Source: Eubacteriales bacterium
GTDB taxonomy: Bacteria; Bacillota; Clostridia; Oscillospirales; CAG-272
DNA length: 42,482 bases
Direction: 5' to 3'
NCBI GenBank assembly: GCA_045126415.1
Contig: JBGVOJ010000198.1
Coordinates: 1-42,482 of the forward strand
In this document: positions 8,625-17,496 of the stretch, in pieces
How the letters are laid out: the number at the start of each line of letters is the position of its first letter
Position numbering within the stretch: position 1 is the stretch's first letter
Notes under the pieces: generated by a model
Database searches by the model: none
Told to the model about the DNA's origin: nothing
Seen by the model: only the letters and a program-made list of their open reading frames with translations
Translations under genes and position numbers: made by a program

Positions 8625-9533
8625 ATGACGATCCAACAATGCAAATATATTCTTGCGATCGCGCGGCTCGGTTCGATGAATGAAGCAGCAAAGGCACTTC
8701 TGGTATCGCAGGCAAGCCTGTCGTCGGCGGTGCGGGAGCTGGAGAACGAATTCGGGATCCATATTTTTGACCGTTCCAACAAAGGCGTGCGGATCACGCG
8801 GGAAGGTTCGGAGTTTATCCGGTATGCACGGCAGCTTCTTGCGCAGTATGAGGTCATTACCGACCGGTATGAACGGGATGACAAAAAGACGGTGAGGAAT
8901 TTTGCCGTGACGTCCCAGCATTACGATTTTGTCGCGGAAGCGTTCGTGCGCTTCATGAAAAAATACCGTTCGGACTATAACCTGTCGCTCAAGGAAGCGC
9001 GTACCATCGAGGTTATCGAGGACGTCCGGAACCTCAATTCCGACATCGGTATTCTCGCTTACCTCAAGGCTCCCGCCGGAGGGTACATGGAACGCTACCT
9101 CAAGCGCAACGGACTTGAATTCCGGCAGCTTTTCGAAACCTGTCCGCACGTTTTCATGGGGCGCCATAACCCTCTTGCGTCCAGTGAAAAACTCACCCGC
9201 GAAGACCTTACCGAATATCCTTACATCACTTACGATCAGGGCGAGACCGGCCCCGTTGAGTTTTCCGAAGAACTTTCCGAATACAGCCAGTCGAAGAAGC
9301 ATATCCGCATCAACGACCGCGCGACCCTTATGAACCTTCTTCTCAGTACGGACAGCTATACCCTTGGCACAGGCGTCATGACCTCCGATCTCAATAACGG
9401 CAATGTCATCGCTATTCCCCTCGTCTCCGGCGACGTCTACACAGTTGGTATCATCAACCGTGCCGACGTCGGTCTCAGCGAGGAGGCGGAACGCTTTGTG
9501 AAGATCCTGTACGAAACGGTAGGGGACAGATAA
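8625..9533 (+). CDS. LysR-family transcriptional regulator
   Basis: ATG 8625 inside ORF 8499..9533. MTIQQCKYILAIARLGSMNEAAKALLVSQASLSSAVRELE is a LysR HTH. 302 aa. Confidence 0.9.
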   Translation: MTIQQCKYILAIARLGSMNEAAKALLVSQASLSSAVRELENEFGIHIFDRSNKGVRITREGSEFIRYARQLLAQYEVITDRYERDDKKTVRNFAVTSQHYDFVAEAFVRFMKKYRSDYNLSLKEARTIEVIEDVRNLNSDIGILAYLKAPAGGYMERYLKRNGLEFRQLFETCPHVFMGRHNPLASSEKLTREDLTEYPYITYDQGETGPVEFSEELSEYSQSKKHIRINDRATLMNLLLSTDSYTLGTGVMTSDLNNGNVIAIPLVSGDVYTVGIINRADVGLSEEAERFVKILYETVGDR

Positions 9534-9536
9534 AAG

Positions 9537-9570
9537 AAAACCTCTTTCCAGCTGGGAAAGAGGTTTTTTT
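9537..9570. terminator. Bidirectional rho-independent terminator between convergent genes
   Basis: AAAACCTCTTTCC-AGCT-GGGAAAGAGGTTTTTTT, with an A-run upstream and T7 downstream. Confidence 0.8.
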
Positions 9571-9589
9571 ACGGGGAGTTTCAAGAGGT

Positions 9590-10873
9590 TTATGCTTCTA
9601 CGTTAGCGTATTCGAGAAGTCTCTTTTCGGCTGCTGCGCACCAGAGGTTGCCGGCTTCCTTGCAGAGCTTGTCGAGATCTGCGTAGAGAGTACCGAGGTC
9701 GGTGCCTGCGTTTTCTTCCGCTGCCTTGCCGAAGTCTTCGACTGCGGTGAGCGGGAGGTCAACGTGAGTATAGATGAGCTTCTTTGCGCCCTTGATCTTC
9801 GGGAGGTTGAGGGTCGCTTCCGCGCATGCGTTCAGACCGCCGATGTGGGTGATCATACCGGACGGATTGATGAGCTTCTGTTCCATGAGGGAGATGGATT
9901 CCTTCATGTCGTCGGTGTTGCCGCCGGAAGTGCCGACGATGTGGGTTGCACCGTAGTGTACGTTGTAGAAGTTGAACATTGCGGAGAACGCGGTGTTGGT
10001 CGGGCCTGCGAAGAAGTTCAGGCAGCCGTCACGGCCGAGGAGCGCGTCGCCGAGTTCGACAACGGACTGTACGGGAGCGTAAACGAATACGTCGTTGAAG
10101 CCTTCGCCGTCGGTGAAGGAACGGAGGTATTCTGCGGGATTTTCAATGGATGCAGTGTTGATGTAGTGGAGGTCAACACCGTACTTTGCAGCTTCTTCCA
10201 CGGTGAGAAGTTCCGCTGCGCGTGCGAGTCTCGCGTCGTCGATGTCGGTGACGATCAGGAGCTTGGGAGCGCGTCCGCCGTGAACCGCGTAGTCCGCGCA
10301 GCCGAGACCCATCGGGCCGGCACCTGCGAGGATTGCCATGCAGCCGCCTTCAACAACACCCATGTCGTGAACGTATACGCCGGGTCTGGTGTGGTAGTTT
10401 GCGTGGTAGCCGCCGACGATGCAGCTCATCGGTTCTGCAAGGCTGCCGTAGAAGTATGCGTCGCCGTCATAGGGAAGGAGACAGTTGCAGAGCATAACTT
10501 CTTCGGGAATGATAACATAGGTAGCCGCGCCGCCGCAGTACTTGTAGGAGTAACCGGGGGATGCAAGGGAACCCTTGTAGTTGATTGCGGGCTGGATAAC
10601 GAACTTGTCGCCTGCCTTGAACTGGTCTGCCCACTTTGCGCCGACCTTTACGATTTTACCGCAGAATTCGTGACCGATGATGACGGGATTTTCCGCAACG
10701 TCGTCCGGAACTCTCTTGTGATTGGAACCCTGGGATGCAGCCTTATAAGAAGACATGCAGATACTGTCGGAAATAACGCACGCGAGAATTTCACCGTCGG
10801 TGATTTCCGGAAGTTCAAATTCTTCCATGCGAAGGTCCATCTGACCATACAGTCTTACAGCCTTTGTATTCAT
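9590..10873 (-). CDS. Zinc-binding medium-chain dehydrogenase/reductase (sorbose-1-P/sugar-alcohol dehydrogenase-like)
   Basis: ATG 10873 with RBS aaggag. GHEFCGKIVKVG and GAGPMGLG motifs. 427 aa. The longer ORF up to 11041 only reads through repeat copy D. Confidence 0.85.
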   Translation of the reverse strand: MNTKAVRLYGQMDLRMEEFELPEITDGEILACVISDSICMSSYKAASQGSNHKRVPDDVAENPVIIGHEFCGKIVKVGAKWADQFKAGDKFVIQPAINYKGSLASPGYSYKYCGGAATYVIIPEEVMLCNCLLPYDGDAYFYGSLAEPMSCIVGGYHANYHTRPGVYVHDMGVVEGGCMAILAGAGPMGLGCADYAVHGGRAPKLLIVTDIDDARLARAAELLTVEEAAKYGVDLHYINTASIENPAEYLRSFTDGEGFNDVFVYAPVQSVVELGDALLGRDGCLNFFAGPTNTAFSAMFNFYNVHYGATHIVGTSGGNTDDMKESISLMEQKLINPSGMITHIGGLNACAEATLNLPKIKGAKKLIYTHVDLPLTAVEDFGKAAEENAGTDLGTLYADLDKLCKEAGNLWCAAAEKRLLEYANVEA

Positions 10874-10904
10874 GATATTTCTCCTTTGAAGTGGATTTTT
10901 TATC

Positions 10905-10960
10905 GGGGAAAAACTTTTTGAAAAAAGTTTTTCCCCGAACCCTTTTTCAAAAACTTTTAT
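10905..10960 (+). repeat. Intergenic palindromic element, copy D (type 1)
   Basis: GGGGAAAAACTTTTT-G-AAAAAAGTTTTTCCCC plus tail GAACCCTTTTTCAAAAACTTTTAT. The hairpin ends 31 nt upstream of the dehydrogenase start on the minus strand. Confidence 0.9.
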
Positions 10961-11012
10961 ACTATAAAAAATAAAGTATGCGAAAAGGGGGGAGTAACTT
11001 TTTTCAGTTTTT

Positions 11013-11041
11013 ATTATAACACGTTTTATAAATTCCGTCAA
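11013..11041 (-). promoter_or_regulatory. Predicted promoter for the dehydrogenase gene
   Basis: On the minus strand: TTGACG (11041-11036), 17 nt, TGT-TATAAT (11018-11013). This implies a roughly 130-nt leader containing copy D. Confidence 0.5.
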
Positions 11042-11147
11042 TCGGGAAAAATCAACAAGAAAAAACTTGTGGAATGAGCGATGTTAAGAAGCTGTCAAAA
11101 ATGTGAAGTATGTTAAATTTACACCATACTCCACATTTTCTTTCCCA

Positions 11148-11207
11148 GATTGAAGTTTTTTGAAATGGGGTTGGGGGAGAAACTTTTTTTCAAAAAAGTT
11201 TCTCCCC
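11148..11207 (-). repeat. Intergenic palindromic element, copy E (type 1, GAGAAAC/GTTTCTC variant stem)
   Basis: GATTGAAGTTTTTTGAAATGGGGTT + GGGGGAGAAACTTTTTTT-C-AAAAAAGTTTCTCCCC. Lies 8 nt from the trpS stop. Confidence 0.9.
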
Positions 11208-11215
11208 AAGAGTCC

Positions 11216-12223
11216 TTATCTTCTCTTCAGTTCAATGAAACCGAGCTTGCGGCGAACCTTGGACATGGTACGTGCGGCGTCGCGGGCAGCAGCTTCCGCG
11301 CCCTTTGCCATGACATCTTCGAGGTATGCCTTGTCAGCCATGAGGCGGGCGAATTCTTCCTGAACGGGGACGAGGGCGTCCGCGCAGGTTTCGCCGACGG
11401 CGAGCTTGAAGTCGCCGTAGCCCTTGCCTTCGAATTCCGCTTCGATTTCGTCTTCCGTCTTGCCGGTGAACGCGCTGTAGATGGACATCAGGTTCATGAT
11501 GCCGTCCTTGCCTTCACCGCGCTTGATTTCGCAGCCGGAGTCGGTAACGGCGCGCTTGAACTTGCGGATGATCGCGTCCTTCGGGTCAAGGATACGGACA
11601 ACGGCGTTTTCGTTTTCGTCGGACTTGGACATCTTTTTGGTCGGTTCCGCGAGGGACATGATCTTCGCGGTGGTCTTCGGAATGTACGGATCCGGCACAA
11701 CAAAGGTATCGCCGTAAACCTGATTGAAGCGTTCCGCGATGTCACGGGTCAGCTCGAGGTGCTGCTTCTGGTCAACGCCGACCGGAACCATGTCGGTCTG
11801 GTACAGCAGGATGTCTGCCGCCATGAGGGACGGATAGGTGAACAGACCTGCGTTGATGTTGTCGGCGTTCTTGGCGGACTTGTCCTTGAACTGGGTCATG
11901 CGGGAGAGTTCGCCGAACATGGTGTAGCAGTCGAGGATCCAGCCGAGTTCCGCGTGCGCGGAAACATGACTCTGCACGAACAGGGTGTTCTTTTCCGGAT
12001 CAAGACCGCACGCAATGTAGAGAGCGAGGGTTTCGTAGGTGCGCTTGCGCAGTTCCGCGGGAACCTGACGGACTGTGATCGCGTGTTCGTCCACAACGCA
12101 GTAGTAGCAGTGGTATGTGTCAGAGAATTCGGAGAAATTGCGGATCGCACCGAGGTAGTTGCCGATGGTCAGCACACCGGACGGCTGCACGCCGGAGAAT
12201 ACAACTTTTTTGTCTTTGTACAT
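11216..12223 (-). CDS. trpS: Tryptophan--tRNA ligase
   Basis: 335 aa. SGVQPSGVLTIGNYLG (HIGH-class motif) and KMSKSD (KMSKS). Confidence 0.95.
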   Translation of the reverse strand: MYKDKKVVFSGVQPSGVLTIGNYLGAIRNFSEFSDTYHCYYCVVDEHAITVRQVPAELRKRTYETLALYIACGLDPEKNTLFVQSHVSAHAELGWILDCYTMFGELSRMTQFKDKSAKNADNINAGLFTYPSLMAADILLYQTDMVPVGVDQKQHLELTRDIAERFNQVYGDTFVVPDPYIPKTTAKIMSLAEPTKKMSKSDENENAVVRILDPKDAIIRKFKRAVTDSGCEIKRGEGKDGIMNLMSIYSAFTGKTEDEIEAEFEGKGYGDFKLAVGETCADALVPVQEEFARLMADKAYLEDVMAKGAEAAARDAARTMSKVRRKLGFIELKRR

Positions 12224-12260
12224 GGTATGAAAATTCCTTTATGTTGGGATTACTTGGAAA

Positions 12261-13757
12261 TTATTCGCCGATCAGATCTTTCAGCGTCTTTTCCATCATC
12301 TTGTTGATGACTTTCTTCTGGGATGCGAAGGTGGAAGCGGGTTCCTTGCCGTTGAGGACGATGCTGGAAACGGCGTTGGAAGAACCGAAGGAGAAGACGT
12401 GTTCGAGTTCGTATGCACGGTTGTCGATAACGAGGTCGAGCATTTCGATGGATTCCTTGTCGCGGAGATACTTCATGGAGAGAGCGGTTTCGTAGTATGC
12501 CGGACGGAGAACTTCACGGGACTTCGCGGACATTGCTTCGAGAACGAAGGAGCTGTCTTCAACGCTTGCCGCGCTGATCGGAATGGTGGCGTAGGAACCT
12601 ACGTGCCATACGATGTTGCGGTAGTTTTCCTGCTGTTCGTCATACTTCGGGCAGGGAGCGATACCGAAGTCGGTTTCCATTTCGCGGAGACGGATGACCA
12701 TCTGGAGGTTGGTGATCCAGAACAGACCGCGGTTTTCTTCGAACATCTTGGTGGTGCAGAGGTGGTAGCCTTCGTTGCCGTAGTTGTGGTAGTTCAGGGA
12801 TACGGACGTATCGAGCATGAACTGGGAGAGGTCTTCGAGAATACTGTAAGCGCGTTCGTCGCCTTCGAGCGTGAAGATCGGCATATCGTTTTCATCCTTG
12901 TCGATGAGGTGGTAGCCGAAGGTTACAAACATGGCGGTTCCGTTTTCGTTCTGGGTGAGGTTGGCGATGGAGTCCGCGGAGTCGAGGTCACCGTCACCGT
13001 CGAGGTCGATGGATGCACCGGTGCAGAGAGTCTTGTAGGTGTCAAAGGTCCATTCGTCGTTTGCTACGTAATAGTAGGGCGTTTCGAAGCCGTGATCTTC
13101 CAGAACCTGAAGGTTGATCATGGTACACCAGGTTGCGTCGTTGTTCAGGGTACTGATGTCACCGGAGACCATGTAGAGCTTGTGCGCGATGCTGAGGTCG
13201 GCGATGGAACGCTGGTCCCACCATGCACGGCTGAGATCCATGTGGGTCGCATCGGCGGCAAGGTCGGTCAGATAACCGTTCTTGACGAGGGTACCGGACT
13301 GGTCGAGCGGAGGCATGGCAACGTCGAAGGTATCATCGCCGGCGGTAACTGCGTTCTGAACGGTGGAAACGAGAACGCCGTTGTCGCATTCCTGAGCGAG
13401 AATGTTCAGATTGTAGGTTTCGTTGACATAGGAGTTACGGTCATACACGGCGTCGTTGAGAACTTCGCCGGTGTAGCCTTCTACCCAGATGCTTCCTTCT
13501 GCCCAGTCGGTGAAGGATGCCTGCGATTTGGTGATGAATGTAAAGTTTCTTCCGCCGAAATCCTTGTCACCGAGTTCCGGATCGAAGGATTCGACTTCCT
13601 CTTCTTCAACAACTTCTTCCCCTGCGGAAGGAGTTTCTTCACTGGATGCGGTCGTTTCAGCAGCGGTGGGGTCGGTATTTGCGTCGCTTTCCGCGCAGGC
13701 AAACATTGAGGATGCAAGCATCAGCAGTGCGAGCATCAGACAGAATTTCTTTTTCAT
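12261..13757 (-). CDS. Extracellular solute-binding lipoprotein (large sugar ABC substrate-binding type), no permease genes adjacent
   Basis: ATG 13757 with RBS aggag. MKKKFCLMLALLMLASSMFAC lipobox. 498 aa. Ser/Thr/Glu-rich linker followed by an SBP-like body. Confidence 0.75.
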   Translation of the reverse strand: MKKKFCLMLALLMLASSMFACAESDANTDPTAAETTASSEETPSAGEEVVEEEEVESFDPELGDKDFGGRNFTFITKSQASFTDWAEGSIWVEGYTGEVLNDAVYDRNSYVNETYNLNILAQECDNGVLVSTVQNAVTAGDDTFDVAMPPLDQSGTLVKNGYLTDLAADATHMDLSRAWWDQRSIADLSIAHKLYMVSGDISTLNNDATWCTMINLQVLEDHGFETPYYYVANDEWTFDTYKTLCTGASIDLDGDGDLDSADSIANLTQNENGTAMFVTFGYHLIDKDENDMPIFTLEGDERAYSILEDLSQFMLDTSVSLNYHNYGNEGYHLCTTKMFEENRGLFWITNLQMVIRLREMETDFGIAPCPKYDEQQENYRNIVWHVGSYATIPISAASVEDSSFVLEAMSAKSREVLRPAYYETALSMKYLRDKESIEMLDLVIDNRAYELEHVFSFGSSNAVSSIVLNGKEPASTFASQKKVINKMMEKTLKDLIGE

Positions 13758-13822
13758 GACAGTTCTCCTGAAAAATATTATAAAATTTTTATATATTGGG
13801 GTGTTGGGACGGTTTTGAATTG

Positions 13823-15535
13823 TCACGCGTTCTGTTCGTCGCGGATCTTCCGCAGACGCTTCATCACGTCGTTTCCGCCGCGGCCGAAGTAGTCGTGCAG
13901 ACGTTCGTATTCCGCGTACAGCTTATCGTACACGGCTCTGTTTTCAGGAATCGGACGGTAAACTTTGTCGGACAGACTGCCCATCGCATTCACGGCGTCA
14001 TCGAGGTTATCGTAGCCGCCCGCTGCGCTGCCTGCCGCGTATGCCGCGAAGATTGCCGAACCGAGCGACGGGCACTGTGCCGAACCGGCAATGCGGATGT
14101 CCATGCCCGTCACGTCTGCGTAAATCTGCATGATGAACGGGTTTTTGACGGCAATGCCGCCTGCCGCACGGATTTCATCGACGGCTGCACCGTGTCTGCG
14201 CTAGATTTCGATGATCATGCGGGTACCGTAGGCAGTCGCTTCGACAAGGGCGCGGAAGAGGTCTTCCGGACGGGTGTTCAGATTCATGCCGAGGAACAGA
14301 CCGGAAAGGTCAAAATCCACAAGAACACTGCGGTTGCCGTTCCACCAGTCGAGTGCGAGGATACCGGATTGACCGGGTTTCTGCTGTGCCGCTTTTTCGG
14401 TCAGCAGGGCGATCGGGGAGATGCCGCGTGCTGCCGATTCTTCTTTATAATCCGCCGGACAGAGAGTATCTGCGAACCACGCGAAATGGTCGCCGACGCA
14501 GGTCTGTCCCGCTTCGTAGCCGTAATAACCGGGGATGAGACCGTCCTTCACGACGCCGCAGACACCGGGAACGGGGAGACACTTTTCGGAAACGAGCATA
14601 TGGACGCTCGAGGTACCCATGACGATGGCCATCTGACCGGGTGCGGTGACTTTCAGCGAAGGTGCGGTGACGTGCGCGTCGGAAACGGCGGTGGAAACCG
14701 CGATACCCGGACGGAGTCCGAGATGTACGGCGGTCTTTTCGGTCAGACGACCGGCGAGAGTACCGACCGGGGTGACCGGACCGGAGAGCTTGTCCGAGAA
14801 GATGTGGGCAAGGCGCGGGTCAAGCGCGGACAGAAAATCTTCGGAAGGGTAGGCGTCGTTCTGATACAGGGCTTTGTAGCCGGTGACGCAGGTGTTGCGG
14901 GTGAGGGTTCCGGTGAGCTGCCAGACGACCCAGTCGCCGGCGTCCACGAAATAAGCGGCGGTATCGTAAACTTCGGGCGCTTTGTCGAGCGTTTCCCAGA
15001 CCTTGGGGATCATCCATTCGCTCGAGACGCGTCCGCCGTATCTGGAAAGCCATGCTTCACCGCGTTCCTGCGCGGTTTCTGTGATGCGGTTCGCGTATTC
15101 TTCGGCGGCATGATGCTTCCACAGCTTGACGTAGGCGTGCGGATTGTCCGCGAAGCGTTCGTCGAAACAGAGCGGGGTCCCGTCGGCAACGGTGGGGATG
15201 AGTGTGCAGGTGGTGAAGTCCACACCGATGCCGATGATGTCATCGGCGGAGACACCGCAGGTTTTCAGAAGTTCGGGGATGATGTGGTCGAGGGCGTCAA
15301 AGTAATCCTGCGGATGCTGGAGCGCAAAGTCAGGCGGGAGCTTGACGGAGCCGTGCGGGGTGAGGAGCGTTTCATCCATAACGGCGTGCGGGTAGTCGAA
15401 CACGGTCGTGCCGATTTCGCATCCGTCGGAGGTTCTCACCAGAAGCGCACGTGCGGAGAGGGTCCCGAAATCGAGACCGATGGTATAGGCTGCTCTTTCC
15501 ATGGAGAGTTCCTTTTTTTGCTGATAATTTTCCAT
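13823..15535 (-). pseudogene. araB: Ribulokinase (FGGY family) interrupted by a single in-frame TAG
   Basis: ORFs 14201..15535 and 13823..14131 are in the same frame. TAG at 14201-14203 gives ..[40 protein letters not shown].. N-terminus YTIGLDFGTLSARALLV. Start is ATG 15535 or 15502. Confidence 0.8.
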
Positions 15536-15590
15536 TTCACATTATACTCCATTTCTGTAAGGAAGTCAAGAAAACGCGGGAAATGAATTC

Positions 15591-15619
15591 TTGAAATTGA
15601 GAAAAGGACGTGTTATAAT
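15591..15619 (+). promoter_or_regulatory. Predicted promoter (extended -10)
   Basis: TTGAAA (15591-15596), 17 nt, TGT-TATAAT (15614-15619). Its position argues for the ATG 15648 start. Confidence 0.55.
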
Positions 15620-15647
15620 GAAGAAAAAGTTTACAGGAGCAGGTAAA

Positions 15648-16172
15648 ATGAGCGTTATTTTTATCACCGGGGCGCCGGGAACGGGTAAATCCACCGTAGC
15701 GGCAATGATTCACGAACAGCTGCGGTGTCCGTGGTTTGAATTCGGCTGGATTCCGGAGTTCCGGAATCTGAATCCGCATACCGAAATTTCCTATGAAGAG
15801 GAAGAGCGGATGTCTTTCGAAAATCTCATGCTCGTTACGGAAAATTACCTCCGTCACGGGTTTGAAAACGTGATCCTGACCGATATCCGCGAGGAATTCA
15901 CGGACGAAGTGCGGGAGAAATTCGGGAATCGTGTGCGCGTGATTGTATTGTACAGTACGTCCGACGAGGTTATCCGTGAACGTGTCCTCGGACGCGACAA
16001 CGGGAACGAATACCGCAATGCCGACGAAGCCGTGGAGATCAACCGCCGCTTTATGGAACGTGTGCCGCGGGAAGGAGAGATCCGTGTCCGCTGCAATGAT
16101 GTGTCCGCGGAAGAAGTGGCACAGTGTGTGATCGACGCGCTGAATATTGAAAAAATGCCGTTACATCCGTAA
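15648..16172 (+). CDS. P-loop NTPase/kinase (AAA_33- or chloramphenicol-phosphotransferase-like fold, function unknown)
   Basis: ATG 15648 with RBS aggag. Walker A ITGAPGTGKST. 174 aa. The start within ORF 15591..16172 is inferred. Confidence 0.7.
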   Translation: MSVIFITGAPGTGKSTVAAMIHEQLRCPWFEFGWIPEFRNLNPHTEISYEEEERMSFENLMLVTENYLRHGFENVILTDIREEFTDEVREKFGNRVRVIVLYSTSDEVIRERVLGRDNGNEYRNADEAVEINRRFMERVPREGEIRVRCNDVSAEEVAQCVIDALNIEKMPLHP

Positions 16173-16189
16173 CGGCATTTCGTTTTGTT
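16155..16189. terminator. Bidirectional terminator between the convergent P-loop and aph genes
   Basis: ATGCCGTTAC-ATCC-GTAACGGCAT. T5 on the minus-strand side and TTCGTTTTG on the plus side. The stop codon at 16170-16172 lies inside the stem. Confidence 0.7.
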
Positions 16190-16201
16190 CAGAACAGTTC
16201 G

Positions 16202-16999
16202 TCAGAATAATTCGTCGAGGAGACGATAGTAACGGAGAAGCTCACGATCCGGAGGGATTCCGAGCGCGTCAAACAGACGGTCAGGGTTGAAACCTTCGCG
16301 GACACGTCCGCCGTAGGAGCCGTCCATGTTGTGGATCAGACTTCGGTAACAGAGCGAGATGTCCTGATACCGGTCGGCGATTCCGCTGTCACCGAGATCG
16401 ATGAAGCCGGAAAGACGGCCGTTTTCCGCGAAAATGTTCGGCAGGCAGTAATCCCCATGGGACAGAACGAGGGTTTCCGGCGGACGGTTGTCGTACAGCC
16501 ACGCGAGAAGATGCTCCGGTGACGCGAATCCGCCGGGGCCGAACGTCTCCGGTTCAACCGCATTCACGTCAACCTGTCCGTTCACGACATGGCGTTCCGC
16601 CGCTTTCAGATGCCGCGTCAGCGAACTGTCGCACGGACAGTCCGAAATGTCAGTTTTCCACAGCATGTGCATCCCTTCCGCGAGGATGTCAAGCAGCACG
16701 TCCGCATTGTCGAGATATTCGTCTGTGCACGACATCACGCCGGGAATCCGCGACATCAGCAGATACCGTGTTCCATCGGTCACATCCGTGTGAAGAACCT
16801 CCGGCACCGGCAGTTTTTTCGAAGCCATCCACGCCAGCATGGACACTTCCCGGTCATGTGCGTCGGAATACGTCCCGATTTTCAGAACCATATCGTCAAA
16901 ACACAATACCTGAGAGCCGGACATTCCCACGTCATCCAGTGTATACGGACGTTCGCCAATGATTTTCTGAATTTCCGATGGTATAAACAAAATGTCCAC
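16202..16999 (-). CDS. APH(3')-family aminoglycoside O-phosphotransferase
   Basis: HGDYCLPNIF, FIDLGDSGIADRYQDI and C-terminal YYRLLDELF resemble APH(3')-III-type proteins. GTG 16999 gives 265 aa. The longer ORF would overlap the XRE gene. Confidence 0.85.
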   Translation of the reverse strand: MDILFIPSEIQKIIGERPYTLDDVGMSGSQVLCFDDMVLKIGTYSDAHDREVSMLAWMASKKLPVPEVLHTDVTDGTRYLLMSRIPGVMSCTDEYLDNADVLLDILAEGMHMLWKTDISDCPCDSSLTRHLKAAERHVVNGQVDVNAVEPETFGPGGFASPEHLLAWLYDNRPPETLVLSHGDYCLPNIFAENGRLSGFIDLGDSGIADRYQDISLCYRSLIHNMDGSYGGRVREGFNPDRLFDALGIPPDRELLRYYRLLDELF

Positions 17000-17006
17000 C
17001 GCCTTT

Positions 17007-17321
17007 TTACTTGGAATATTTATTTGTAAGGAATTCTGCGTAATCCAATAGAGCCTGTTTTTTATCCTGAGGAAAATTTTCAGGCAAACGAAGATAGGTG
17101 GAAAATGGTCTGGAAGATTCCGGATTATCCGTAAGTCCAAGCAAATAATCGACAGAAACATGGAAATAAAGAGCGATTGCCATTTTTATATTGTCCGGTG
17201 GTTCACTTTTATCACGTTCATAGGCAGAGATAGAATGTTTGTTGATATTCAAAATCAGTGCAAGTTCATCTTGCGTCATTCCGGCATCTTTCCGCAGATC
17301 ATATAATCTTTCACCAATCAT
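17007..17321 (-). CDS. XRE-family HTH transcriptional regulator
   Basis: 104 aa. MIGERLYDLRKDAGMTQDELALILNINKHSISAYERDKSEP. AT-rich. Its stop lies 7 nt upstream of the aph start. Confidence 0.9.
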   Translation of the reverse strand: MIGERLYDLRKDAGMTQDELALILNINKHSISAYERDKSEPPDNIKMAIALYFHVSVDYLLGLTDNPESSRPFSTYLRLPENFPQDKKQALLDYAEFLTNKYSK

Positions 17322-17396
17322 AGGGCTACCCTTTCTCTAAAATAGAGTTAATAGTGAATATGATTGTAGTTTATAAATCTATTTTCATTTGAAATA

Positions 17397-17425
17397 TTGA
17401 CAAAATAAACCCAACAAGGTATAAT
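17397..17425 (+). promoter_or_regulatory. Consensus sigma-70/SigA-type promoter
   Basis: TTGACA (17397-17402), 17-nt spacer, TATAAT (17420-17425). Confidence 0.65.
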
Positions 17426-17444
17426 AGTAGATAAATAATCTACT
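17426..17444. promoter_or_regulatory. Perfect inverted repeat AGTAGAT-N5-ATCTACT at the predicted +1, candidate XRE operator
   Basis: Arms at 17426-17432 and 17438-17444, immediately after the -10. Confidence 0.5.
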
Positions 17445-17496
17445 TATGCGCAGAAAAAGAGATTATTTGTAACCTAATGATACAAGGAGAAGATTT

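Noticed and set aside
10987-11005. GGGGGGAGTAACTTTTTTC, which resembles a solo left arm of the repeat element.
   Set aside because: There is no matching right arm or tail. It is too short and low-complexity to call a decayed copy with confidence.
12224-12260. T-box or other leader upstream of trpS.
   Set aside because: The gap is only 37 nt and contains just an RBS. No specifier or antiterminator structure can fit.
13823-14131. Treating ORF 13823..14131 (102 aa) as an independent small gene.
   Set aside because: It is in the same frame as ORF 14201..15535 and encodes the conserved C-terminal block of FGGY kinases. It has no RBS of its own.
14201-14203. Pyrrolysine or programmed recoding as the explanation for the araB TAG.
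   Set aside because: No pyl genes or PYLIS-like context are seen in the window, and ribulokinase is not a known Pyl enzyme. A simple nonsense mutation or sequencing error is more parsimonious. It is kept only as a low-probability alternative in the findings.
17000-17161. N-terminal extension of the aph ORF (ATG 17161).
   Set aside because: It would overlap the XRE gene by 155 nt. APH(3') proteins are about 264 aa, and GTG 16999 gives 265 aa, aligning with the ISPELKKLI-like N-terminus (IPSEIQKII).
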